Of a stretch of DNA of 64,000 nt, positions 18,346 to 26,891 are shown piece by piece. Numbering within the stretch: the first letter of the stretch is position 1; every line of letters begins with the position of its first letter. The stretch spans positions 270,106 to 334,105 of the forward strand of contig CAVSWO010000002.1 of NCBI GenBank assembly GCA_963731735.1, written 5' to 3'. Under the pieces are notes generated by a model, which was given only the letters and a program-made list of their open reading frames with translations, made no database searches and was not told where the DNA came from. The translations under genes and the position numbers were made by a program. Source of the stretch: Candidatus Kerfeldbacteria bacterium. GTDB taxonomy: Bacteria; Patescibacteriota; Patescibacteriia; SBBC01; CAIJZX01.

Positions 18346-18915
18346 ATGAAAACAACAATTATTGTAATGTACGGTCCGCCTGGTGTTGGCAAGTTTACAA
18401 TTGGCAAACAGCTTTCCAAGAAAACAGGTTTTCGTTTCTTCAATGGACATAGACTTGCCGATGTCGTACATAGTATTTTCGAATTTGGAACGAAAGAATT
18501 TATTGAAACAACAAATTTTCTTTGGCTAAATCTTTTTTCAAAACTAGTAAAAAGCCAACCTCGGGGCCTAATTATTAGTTTTGTCTATGGTGTGCAAACC
18601 CTCGAAGGCAAAAAGGATGATCTGTTTTGCAAAAAATTTATAGCTGTAGCCAAAAGAAACGATGCCAAGATCCACTTCATTAAACTCACCTGTTCTGATG
18701 ACAGGCTCTACAGACGTGTTCAAAATAAGTCAAGAAGAAGATATGGGAAATTGACATCGGCAAGTCTTCTGAAAAAAATCCGAAATAACTACAAGGTTGA
18801 TGAAGAAATTCCTTTTGTTAAAAGTATAGAGATTGATACAACTACTTATACGCCTAAACAAACGGCGGATCGAATTATTGCCAAATTAAACCTTGCCTCT
18901 TTAAAACGTCGTTAA
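18346..18915 (+). CDS. Cassette 7: P-loop kinase (AAA_33/shikimate-kinase-like)
   Basis: YGPPGVGKFT Walker A, FIKLTCS..LYRRVQNKSR lid, IEIDTT; start moved to ATG 18346 after the attC. Confidence 0.85.
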   Translation: MKTTIIVMYGPPGVGKFTIGKQLSKKTGFRFFNGHRLADVVHSIFEFGTKEFIETTNFLWLNLFSKLVKSQPRGLIISFVYGVQTLEGKKDDLFCKKFIAVAKRNDAKIHFIKLTCSDDRLYRRVQNKSRRRYGKLTSASLLKKIRNNYKVDEEIPFVKSIEIDTTTYTPKQTADRIIAKLNLASLKRR

Positions 18916-18923
18916 AGCACTCC

Positions 18924-19061
18924 GTACAACAGCGCGTAACCGACGCGGTTTCTGGCGACCGGCGGAGCCGTTCGCTTCCGAAACCGCTACATTTGCTGGT
19001 GTTGTCCGCTAAAGCGGAGTATTCTAACACCAGCAACGTCGGTTACGCGCAAACGTTGTCC
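18924..19061 (+). repeat. attC-like site 7
   Basis: GTACAAC-A-GCGCGTAACCGACG...CGTCGGTTACGCGC-AAAC-GTTGTCC; close relative of site 10. Confidence 0.85.
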
Positions 19062-19153
19062 GACATACATATTTATCTTATTGAATTGGTTTCCCGCGCG
19101 GCTCCTTCCAGAGTATAATAAGATTGTTTAAAATACTTAATTAAGTATATTTT

Positions 19154-19798
19154 ATGAAATACCGACAAGGTATCGTTTGGGCACCGGTGCTCATCATTAT
19201 CGGTGCAGTTGTGGTAGCAGGTTTTACAACCTTTTTCTTGATTCAGGCCAACCAATCCGACAATGAAAACGTGAATGTTGCGCTGGCAAATCAGGCGAAT
19301 AGCAATCTCAGCGTTAACACAAATACGAATGTTTCGACTGTCCCAACTGGATGGAAGGTGTTTACAAATGATTATGCAAAGTATTCTTTTCAGTACCCAA
19401 CAACACTTATAATCAGTGATTGCAGTAATAAATTAGGAAGTTACGTATTAGCTCCAGGGGGATCGTGCGAAAATGAAACATTTGGGCCAGGTTTTTCAGT
19501 TTTACTTCATTCAGAGCCAACATACAATGAAGATGAGACATACGAAGAAATTAAAAAGTTAATTACAAATCCGCAAACAAGCTCCGTGCCAATTGATGGT
19601 ATGCTTGGTCGTCGATTGCAAGGTGTTCAAAAAATAGAGGACCCAGTTTTTCCGGACCAAAAAGAGAAATACTCCGACTACGTTTTTGTTCAAGCCAGGG
19701 GCAACTTCTATACCATTGCAAGTGTTTCTTTGACATCGGAACCATTTCGGTATACTGACTTTGAGAATTTCCTTGCGACCTTTAAATTCACGAATTAG
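19154..19798 (+). CDS. Cassette 8: paralogue of the cassette 5 surface protein
   Basis: KYRQG|IVWAPVLIII, NTNTN linker, GWKVFTN..YSFQYP..FLATFKF. Confidence 0.8.
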   Translation: MKYRQGIVWAPVLIIIGAVVVAGFTTFFLIQANQSDNENVNVALANQANSNLSVNTNTNVSTVPTGWKVFTNDYAKYSFQYPTTLIISDCSNKLGSYVLAPGGSCENETFGPGFSVLLHSEPTYNEDETYEEIKKLITNPQTSSVPIDGMLGRRLQGVQKIEDPVFPDQKEKYSDYVFVQARGNFYTIASVSLTSEPFRYTDFENFLATFKFTN

Positions 19799-19895
19799 CT
19801 GTAAAGATAATTATCTAGTTTTTCGAAGATGGATTTACTTCAACTCTCTGTTTAGCTGCGAGTGAAATTCTCTTTTGAAGATAAAATGTACGATC

Positions 19896-20067
19896 GGACA
19901 ACAGCGCGTAGAGGAAATCTTTGGTTTTAGCAAGATTTCTGGTAATATCAATGCATTAGTAGCTCTTTTTGAGCCTATCGGCTTACCGCAAATCGGCTGT
20001 CCGCCCCGTGGTGAGCGAGTGTACCACAGTGCGGCCAGCCGACTTCCTCTACGCGCAAACGTTAGCT
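19896..20067 (+). repeat. attC-like site 8
   Basis: GGACAAC-A-GCGCGTAGAGGAA...TTCCTCTACGCGC-AAAC-GTTAGCT; close relative of site 9. Confidence 0.85.
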
Positions 20068-20183
20068 GACATATTCCTTTTCTTTTCCAGCTAACGCCGG
20101 TGCGGGTAAAAAATCTTTCAAATTTCTCTTTTAAGGTCAACGCTTCTTGCAATAATCTGGTTTATTCAATAACATAATAATAT

Positions 20184-20624
20184 ATGTCAATCGAGCACGG
20201 CGGCCCATCCCCTGAGGAGATGGGGTTAAGTCAAGAGACAACTGAATCAAAACTTCCACCCGAAGCATTGGATGCGATGACAGATTATTGGGAGGAACAA
20301 CAAACAAAGTTTATAGGACAGATGGCCGACGGATCCGGCAGAAATTTTGATGTCGATATATCGCGGACAAATGCCTATTTAGAAAAGATTGACCAGGCAG
20401 ATTATTTTACACCCGCCGAAGTTAAAAAGACCGTCGATGGCAAAGAAGTAACTTCTCCGGAACGTTCAGTATTTGATTTTTTTAAGAAAAAGCTCGCGGG
20501 CTTAGAATACGCCATTGAACAGGGAGATGACCTTAAGACTATTCAGGAATACGAGAAACAGGCAAAGCAGATGAGAATGGCAGTTGAGGCGCTGGAGAAA
20601 ATCCGACCCAAAGACAGTGAGTAG
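20184..20624 (+). CDS. Cassette 9, gene a: acidic hypothetical protein
   Basis: 146-aa ORF beginning MSIEHGGPSPEEMG. Confidence 0.75.
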   Translation: MSIEHGGPSPEEMGLSQETTESKLPPEALDAMTDYWEEQQTKFIGQMADGSGRNFDVDISRTNAYLEKIDQADYFTPAEVKKTVDGKEVTSPERSVFDFFKKKLAGLEYAIEQGDDLKTIQEYEKQAKQMRMAVEALEKIRPKDSE

Positions 20625-20835
20625 CTTTATAGCAAAATGGCCGCCAGTGATAACTATTGCCTCTTTTGTTGGCTTGCTTATTCTGATGGCTGGCATCTTT
20701 GCTTGGGCAACAGGTACCAATTTGGGGTCGGTCACGAACGCAGTGGTTACATTGCTATCAATTGTTGGTCTCATAGTTCTTTTGGCGCTAACATTTGTTT
20801 CAAAAAACCCTAAAAAGCCAGACCAGAAGCAGTAG
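20617..20835 (+). CDS. Cassette 9, gene b: small two-TM membrane protein
   Basis: GTG start overlaps the end of gene a; two hydrophobic helices. Confidence 0.65.
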   Translation: MSSFIAKWPPVITIASFVGLLILMAGIFAWATGTNLGSVTNAVVTLLSIVGLIVLLALTFVSKNPKKPDQKQ

Positions 20836-20898
20836 AAAAATTCGAAAGTTTTTTACACGCCTTCTCTTAACAGAGAAGAAAAGAAAGGGAATACGATC

Positions 20899-21070
20899 AG
20901 CTAACAGCGCGTAGAGGAAATATTTAGTTTCAGCAAGATTTCTGATAATATCAATATACTCGAAACTCTTTTGGAGCCTAATGACTTGCCACAAATCGGC
21001 TGTCCGCCCGGTGGTGAGCGAGTGTACCACAGTGCGGTCAGCCGACTTCCTCTACGCGCGAACGTTGTAC
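20899..21070 (+). repeat. attC-like site 9
   Basis: AGCTAAC-A-GCGCGTAGAGGAA...TTCCTCTACGCGC-GAAC-GTTGTAC. Confidence 0.85.
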
Positions 21071-21093
21071 GAAATATAGTCATCCCCCCTACT

Positions 21094-21717
21094 TTGACCA
21101 ATTCAACAAAAATAAAGGCAATAGTATTTGATTTTGGCGATGTGATTTGCTTTTGGGATGATCAGATCTGGAGCGATGAGGAGTTGCGATTACGTGGAAT
21201 CAATGGAGAGGAGCTGAGGAACCTGATGTATGAATATATGCGTCATGGTGGCGAGGGAAAATATCATAGCTTCCTTGACTACTATGATACTCATCAGCAC
21301 GGTTCTAACATCGAAAGAAAAGTCATTGCTGGCTTGTACGAGGACCGGGAACAAACAGGTAAACTTGATCCCAAGATGGTCAATCTCATTACAAAACTAA
21401 AGTCTCGATACAAAATTGGGTTGCTTTCAAACTATACCAAAGGACTTGAAGACTTCTTGATAAACCGATTCAAGATTCACCACCTTTTTGACGCTGTAGT
21501 CAGCTCATACACGATTCGGATTAGAAAGCCCGCGATTGATGCGTATCATTATGTCGCAAAAGAATTATCAGAGCAGGTTGAGCATTGTCTTTTCGTCGAT
21601 GATAAGCAAAAAAACGTTGACGTAGCACTTGAGGCAGGCATGGAGGCAATCCTCTTTTCAGGTTTCGATGACCTTGTGAAAGAAATGGAGCAACAATTTG
21701 GTATCAGCATTTCCTAA
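21094..21717 (+). CDS. Cassette 10: HAD-superfamily hydrolase
   Basis: IVFDFGDV, GLLSN, RKP, LFVDDKQKNV..GM; probable TTG start, since the longer ORF runs back through attC9. Confidence 0.88.
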   Translation: MTNSTKIKAIVFDFGDVICFWDDQIWSDEELRLRGINGEELRNLMYEYMRHGGEGKYHSFLDYYDTHQHGSNIERKVIAGLYEDREQTGKLDPKMVNLITKLKSRYKIGLLSNYTKGLEDFLINRFKIHHLFDAVVSSYTIRIRKPAIDAYHYVAKELSEQVEHCLFVDDKQKNVDVALEAGMEAILFSGFDDLVKEMEQQFGISIS

Positions 21718-21760
21718 CTACAGCGCTTTCAGGAGGAGTTCGGGGGGATGACTAAACTCC

Positions 21761-21900
21761 GTACAACAGCGCGTAACCGCCGCGGTTTCTGGCGACCTGG
21801 CAAAGCCGCTCGCTTTCGAAACCGCTACATTTGCTGGTGTTTTCCGCTGGCGCGGAGTAGTGATAACACCAGCAACGTCGTATACGCGCAAACGTTAGGT
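21761..21900 (+). repeat. attC-like site 10
   Basis: GTACAAC-A-GCGCGTA...TACGCGC-AAAC-GTTAGGT. Confidence 0.85.
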
Positions 21901-22017
21901 GAAATTTTCGAAACGAGATTTTTTTATTCGGAGGTTTTGAATTTGGCACTAAAAAGAGGGGCCCGCGGATACAGTATCCTTGGGCCCCGAATTTCGACTG
22001 ACTCACAGAGATTGCAG

Positions 22018-22329
22018 TTACTTCATGGGGTATTCACGAAGCAGCTGCTGATGAAGGAGATATGCAAGCTGCTGACGCCCCATCGATCCTGATGCTCTGG
22101 GCACTGCGAGGACGGGATGGTTGGAGCCACGTTTCAGCTTTGGATGCTCCAGCCCCCAGTACAACCCCAGAGCCGCGGGCCCCTTGACCTGCTTGATCCA
22201 CTTGTCGAGATGATGCTCGGCAACCCTCCGTGCTACCTCATCCGGTACCACAGGTTCTTCCCAGGTCTCACAGCACCGTTCCACGATGTCGTCGATGAGA
22301 AGCGGTCGAACCTTTTTCTCGTCTATCAT
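22018..22329 (-). CDS. Cassette 11: inverted hypothetical protein
   Basis: 103-aa GC-rich ORF with a GGAGG RBS and an upstream TTGACA. Confidence 0.65.
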   Translation of the reverse strand: MIDEKKVRPLLIDDIVERCCETWEEPVVPDEVARRVAEHHLDKWIKQVKGPAALGLYWGLEHPKLKRGSNHPVLAVPRASGSMGRQQLAYLLHQQLLREYPMK

Positions 22330-22480
22330 GGCGACACCTCCCAGAAGTCCGTAGCGAAAAGAATGAACTGGTACAGATCTGTCAGAACAAAGAATAATTA
22401 GTCTATTTTCACAAATCTGTCAAGGGGAGCATGAACAAATTCAAAACCCTTTTACTTATAGGGCTCGTTTCGAAAAAATC

Positions 22481-22500
22481 ACCTAACAGCGCGTATCTGG
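22481..22500 (+). repeat. Truncated terminal attC-like site 11 (left arm only)
   Basis: ACCTAAC-A-GCGCGTATCTGG with no TACGCGC partner downstream. Confidence 0.65.
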
Positions 22501-22608
22501 CTCCGGCTTGACGAGTCGGCTAACTTTCGCTAAGCTGAGCGGCTTTATGTCCCGTTAGAGGTACCCGATAAAGACGGCCTCGATTCCTGGCGACATATTC
22601 TGCACTCT

Positions 22609-23640
22609 ATGTTCACCTCTAATGGGATTATGCATCCGTATCATCATCACGCCCTCCAATTCCAGCGTCTGCTCCAGGGTCGTCAGCGCATTCTCGTCAC
22701 GATTACCAAGGATCCCGATGGAGACAGCATCGGTTCGATGTTGGCCATGTGCCATGCCTTGCAGCAACTCGGTAAAACCTGCACTTGTTTTTCACCGGAC
22801 CGGATCCCGGCCATGTTTAGTTACTTGCTGGGTCCCCATCCGGTCATGCGCGAACTGCCGGATCACGTCCACGACTATGATGCCGTTATCATTTTTGATA
22901 CCGGAGATATAAAACGGACGCCGCTGGTGGCGTCGCTGGTCAAGCGTCAGCCGGAAAAAACCCTGGTGATGAATATTGATCACCACCCGACGGTAACCGA
23001 TTGGCAGGGTCAGCCGGCGGTTGATCAGAACATTATCGACACCCAAGCCGGTGCCACGACCGAAATGCTGTTTCATATGTTTGACGCGTTGCGGATCCCG
23101 ATCAATCGCCATGCCGCCACCTGTCTCCTAACCGGTATCCTGACCGACACCGGGCACTTCACCAACCAAGGTACGAGTATACATTCCTTGGAAGTTGCGG
23201 CTCGGTTGATGGCCAAGGGTGCGCAGCACCACGTCATCACTCAAGCCACCATGCGCAACAAAAATCTCGGCACGTTAAAACTTTGGGGCCGCGCCTTGTC
23301 GCGGTTATGGCTAAACCCGCGGACCGGCATTGTGACTACCGCCCTGACCTTAAAAGATTTTTCGGAATGCGGCGTTGACTACAAAGCCGGTACCGGCATC
23401 TCGAATTTTTTGAACGGCCTAGATGAAGGAAAAATGGCGCTGGTCCTGCACGAAGAACCGGGCGGAAAAATTAAGGGCAGTCTGCGGACTACGCATCCCG
23501 ACATGAACGCGGCCGTGTTTGCCGAGCAATTCGGCGGCGGGGGACATCCAAAGGCGGCCGGTTTTGTAGTCCGCGGATCACTGGTTGAAACAAGCCATGG
23601 GTGGATGATTCAGCCTCTAGCCAAATCAGGAAACTCGTGA
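22609..23640 (+). CDS. nrnA: DHH/DHHA1 phosphoesterase (NrnA-type)
   Basis: DPDGDSIGS, IFDTG, NIDHH, TDTGHF, GGGGHPKAAG; start may be 22630. Confidence 0.9.
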   Translation: MFTSNGIMHPYHHHALQFQRLLQGRQRILVTITKDPDGDSIGSMLAMCHALQQLGKTCTCFSPDRIPAMFSYLLGPHPVMRELPDHVHDYDAVIIFDTGDIKRTPLVASLVKRQPEKTLVMNIDHHPTVTDWQGQPAVDQNIIDTQAGATTEMLFHMFDALRIPINRHAATCLLTGILTDTGHFTNQGTSIHSLEVAARLMAKGAQHHVITQATMRNKNLGTLKLWGRALSRLWLNPRTGIVTTALTLKDFSECGVDYKAGTGISNFLNGLDEGKMALVLHEEPGGKIKGSLRTTHPDMNAAVFAEQFGGGGHPKAAGFVVRGSLVETSHGWMIQPLAKSGNS

Positions 23641-23652
23641 TAGACTCGGCCC

Positions 23653-24255
23653 ATGTCTGACCCACTCAAGAACCAAATGTTGATTCCGACCGTGCTGGAA
23701 AAAACTTCCTACGGCGAACGGGCGTTTGATATTTATTCACGCCTGTTAAAAGAACGGATTATTTTCGTTGGCACGCCGATTGACGACCATGTGGCGAATT
23801 TAATTATTGCCCAGTTGCTCTACCTAGACAGCGAAGATCATCAGAAAGATATCAAACTCTACATTAATACGCCGGGCGGATCGGTGACTGCCGGATTGGC
23901 GATTTACGATACCATGCAATATATCCAGCCCGACATCCAAACAACCTGCGTCGGGATGGCCGCCTCGATGGGCGCTTTACTGCTGGCTGCCGGCGCCAAA
24001 GGTAAACGCTTCGCTTTACCGAACGCTGAAATCATGATTCACCAAGTCATGGGTGGCGCGGAAGGTCAGGCCTCGGATATCAAAATACGAGCCGAACATA
24101 TTTTGAAAATCCGCGACCGGATGAATAAAATTATGGCCAAGCATACCGGCCAGACCCTCAAGACGATTGAGCAGGACACCGAACGCGATTATTTCTTGGA
24201 ACCGGAGGCGGCTAAGAAATACGGATTGATCGACAAGATTATCGAGCGAAAATAA
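23653..24255 (+). CDS. clpP: ATP-dependent Clp protease proteolytic subunit
   Basis: [34 protein letters not shown]. Confidence 0.97.
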   Translation: MSDPLKNQMLIPTVLEKTSYGERAFDIYSRLLKERIIFVGTPIDDHVANLIIAQLLYLDSEDHQKDIKLYINTPGGSVTAGLAIYDTMQYIQPDIQTTCVGMAASMGALLLAAGAKGKRFALPNAEIMIHQVMGGAEGQASDIKIRAEHILKIRDRMNKIMAKHTGQTLKTIEQDTERDYFLEPEAAKKYGLIDKIIERK

Positions 24256-24340
24256 GCGCCCGGCGTAGGGGTTGACAGATTTTCTGACAGGAGTACAGTC
24301 GGGAATACATTGTTGTTGCTCATTTTAGTGTTGCGATATT

Positions 24341-24486
24341 CGGGGGCGGCCTAGCCGTGCCGTATAAGTAAGGCAGGGGATCCGTCTATTTGAGGGTCCC
24401 ACGTGGTTCAGGATAGAACGCAGTCTCGACCGCAACTATCCTGGCTTTCCACACACAAAACGGCATGCATGGAACAGCCGCCCCCG
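24341..24486 (+). ncRNA. Putative 6S RNA-like rod hairpin
   Basis: CGGGGGCGGC/GCCGCCCCCG closing stem, large central bubble, apical CAGGATAG/CTATCCTG stem; TTGACA at 24272; lies upstream of rny. Confidence 0.45.
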
Positions 24487-24657
24487 TTATTCTTTGGTTG
24501 GCAGTCTTCCTGCCCATCGTCTCCCCTTTGATTTCTCCAACCGGGATGGAGGTGTTGCGAACGATTCGTGCCGCAGCTTGAGCTGCATTTTGCGTGTCCA
24601 CCGTTGTATCACAAGCCTCCAACGTCGCCACTGCCTGGCGGCAGGAGAAAAACAATC

Positions 24658-25059
24658 ATGGAAGGTCTTCCCACGGTGCTGTCAGCACCCACAACGGAAC
24701 GGACCGCTCCTCAGCGGTCGAAGTGCGTCTACGATCCGATCAAGATCGACCGGCTCCTGAATCAGCTGGATACCACCACGGGATTCGTCAAGAATCCCAA
24801 CGCCCTGTTTCGTGACGGCCTGACGGCGATGAGTATCGCCTGTCGGAACGATCGACGGCAGATCGTTCGTCCGCGCTTCATGCGTGAGGTCATCTTCCAG
24901 CTGGAATCCATGCTAAACCAATTTCCGGTCAACCGTCGTCGCGAGGAGGGCCGGATCATGCAGGGCTCGCTGGATGGCTACTCCACCGATCCGTGTCTGC
25001 GTGATGACCCGGAACTCCTGGAGTCGTGCCACAAGATGATCGCTTCGTTCCGCAGCTAG
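24658..25059 (+). CDS. Hypothetical protein
   Basis: AGGAG RBS before ATG 24658, followed by a terminator. Confidence 0.6.
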   Translation: MEGLPTVLSAPTTERTAPQRSKCVYDPIKIDRLLNQLDTTTGFVKNPNALFRDGLTAMSIACRNDRRQIVRPRFMREVIFQLESMLNQFPVNRRREEGRIMQGSLDGYSTDPCLRDDPELLESCHKMIASFRS

Positions 25060-25086
25060 ACCGCTGCCACAACACAAACCCTGACC

Positions 25087-25120
25087 GGCGCCAAGTGCAA
25101 CATTGCTTGGCGCCTTTTTT
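25087..25120 (+). terminator. Intrinsic terminator
   Basis: GGCGCCAAG..CTTGGCGCC followed by a T tract. Confidence 0.7.
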
Positions 25121-25307
25121 CTTATAAAAGCCTCGGGAACTTGCTTGGGAGCATAAAGCGTGCTAGAGTGGGTCCGAATCTATCTCATGATGATGATTAC
25201 CCCGAAACCACAATCTCACGCAAACCTTGTCCGCATGTTTATGACGGATGGATTGGTGGCTGCAGCTTGGTCGGCCGGGGATTTTACCCATTTACCATTA
25301 CTTTCCC

Positions 25308-26837
25308 ATGTCACTGACAGCAATTTGGGCGCTGATCGCCCTGGTCGGTATTCCCGGCGGCATGATCGCCGGTTACTTCCTGCGTCGCGCCTGGGCCGTT
25401 CGTGAGGCTCAATCGTCGGAAGCGCGCGCCCAAGCGATAATCGACGAAGCAAAAAACAAAGAACGTGATGTCCTGCTGAAAGCCAAGGAGCAGGCTTTGC
25501 ATATTGTCGAAGAAGCCAAGCAAGAGGAAAACAAGCGACGATCTGAGCTGACCCATTTGCAGGAGCGTTTGGAAAAACGCGAATCAATGTTTGACCAGAA
25601 GCTGCTGGATCTCGAGCAGAAGCAAAAGGAGGCGGCCGATACATCAAAGGCTTTTGAACAGAAAATGACGGAGGTTCAGAAAATTCGCGATGAACAGGTT
25701 CAAAAACTTGAAAAGGTCGCTCAGCTCTCAATGGATGAAGCTCGCGGAGTGTTGATGGAAAACGCTGAAATTCGCGCCAAGGATGAACTCCTGAACCGAA
25801 TCCGCAAATTGCAAAATACCTCCGAAGAGGAAATCGATAAAGAGGCCAAAAAATTGATTGCCACGGCTATGCAGCGGCTGGCCTCGCCCATGTCATCCGA
25901 ATCCAATACCACGGTGGTTGATCTGCCAAACGAAGAAATGAAGGGGCGGATTATTGGAAAAGAAGGCCGCAATATCAAGGCCCTGGAGAACCTGACCGGC
26001 GTTGAAATCATTATTGACGAAACTCCGGACTCGATCGTCATTTCCGGATTCAATTTGGTTCGACGCCATTTGGCCAAGCGGGTGCTGGAAAAATTAATGT
26101 CCGACGGCCGCATTCACCCGGGTCGAATTGAAGATGTGGTTGAACAGGTTCGGAAAGAAATGGCCTCCGAAATGCGTAAGGCGGGTGAACAGGCCGCCTA
26201 TGAAGCCGGCGTAACCGGACTCGACCCGCGGCTCTTGCAACTGCTCGGCCGCCTGAAGTACCGCACCAGTTACGGTCAAAACCAGTTACATCACTCGGTT
26301 GAAGTCGCCTTACTTTCCGGCCTGCTGGCCGAAGAGCTCGGCGCGAATGTGGCCGTGGCAAAAAAAGGCGCTTTACTGCACGACATCGGTAAGGCGGTTG
26401 ACCATGAAGTCCAGGGCGCGCACACCCAGCTCGGGTATGAGATTATGAAAAAGTACGGCTTACCGGAAGAAGTCGCCTATATCGCGATTGCTCACCACGA
26501 AGATACCGTCAGCACGCTTGAACAAGCCGTGGTTAAAACCGCCGACGCTTTATCTGGCGCTCGTCCGGGCGCCCGGAAAGGCACCTTCGAAAATTACGTC
26601 CAGCGTTTAACTGAACTGGAAGGCATCGCCAAAGCTGAACCGGGTGTTGAGCGCGCCTTCGCGATCCAAGCTGGTCGTGAAGTCCGGGTGATCGTCAAAC
26701 CTGATCAAATTGATGACTATCAGGCCACCAAGCTTGCCCAGAGTATCGCCGAACGGATCGAAAAAGAAATGCAGTATCCGGGTGAGATTAAGGTGATGGT
26801 CATCCGAGAGAAGCGGGTAATTCAATACGCCCGATAA
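25308..26837 (+). CDS. rny: Ribonuclease Y
   Basis: N-terminal TM, coiled coil, KH motif KGRIIGKEGRNI, HD motif LLHDIGK. Confidence 0.97.
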   Translation: MSLTAIWALIALVGIPGGMIAGYFLRRAWAVREAQSSEARAQAIIDEAKNKERDVLLKAKEQALHIVEEAKQEENKRRSELTHLQERLEKRESMFDQKLLDLEQKQKEAADTSKAFEQKMTEVQKIRDEQVQKLEKVAQLSMDEARGVLMENAEIRAKDELLNRIRKLQNTSEEEIDKEAKKLIATAMQRLASPMSSESNTTVVDLPNEEMKGRIIGKEGRNIKALENLTGVEIIIDETPDSIVISGFNLVRRHLAKRVLEKLMSDGRIHPGRIEDVVEQVRKEMASEMRKAGEQAAYEAGVTGLDPRLLQLLGRLKYRTSYGQNQLHHSVEVALLSGLLAEELGANVAVAKKGALLHDIGKAVDHEVQGAHTQLGYEIMKKYGLPEEVAYIAIAHHEDTVSTLEQAVVKTADALSGARPGARKGTFENYVQRLTELEGIAKAEPGVERAFAIQAGREVRVIVKPDQIDDYQATKLAQSIAERIEKEMQYPGEIKVMVIREKRVIQYAR

Positions 26838-26891
26838 GTTGTCGCCCCGCCGGGTTGCGTCTGCAACCCGGCGGGGCCGCTGCTCGCCGTT

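Larger units (their letters stand above)
11305..22500. mobile_element. Non-canonical integron: integrase, attI-like site and 11 cassettes, between rbfA and nrnA
   Basis: Inferred GTT crossover points at 12235, 12907, 13992, 14606, 16497, 17505, 18322, 19055, 20061, 21064 and 21894, separated by unrelated genes of mixed GC content. Confidence 0.9.

Noticed and set aside
20971-21093. N-terminal extension of the HAD ORF, and similarly 18286-18345 of the kinase ORF
   Set aside because: These run through attC sites, and near-identical peptides arise from sister attC sites (for example 19875-20069), so they are probably not translated.
12781-22500. CRISPR array suggested by the recurring ACAACAGCGCGTA motif
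   Set aside because: Spacing is 0.3-1.6 kb and irregular, intervening DNA encodes genes, each motif has an inverted partner, and no cas genes are present.
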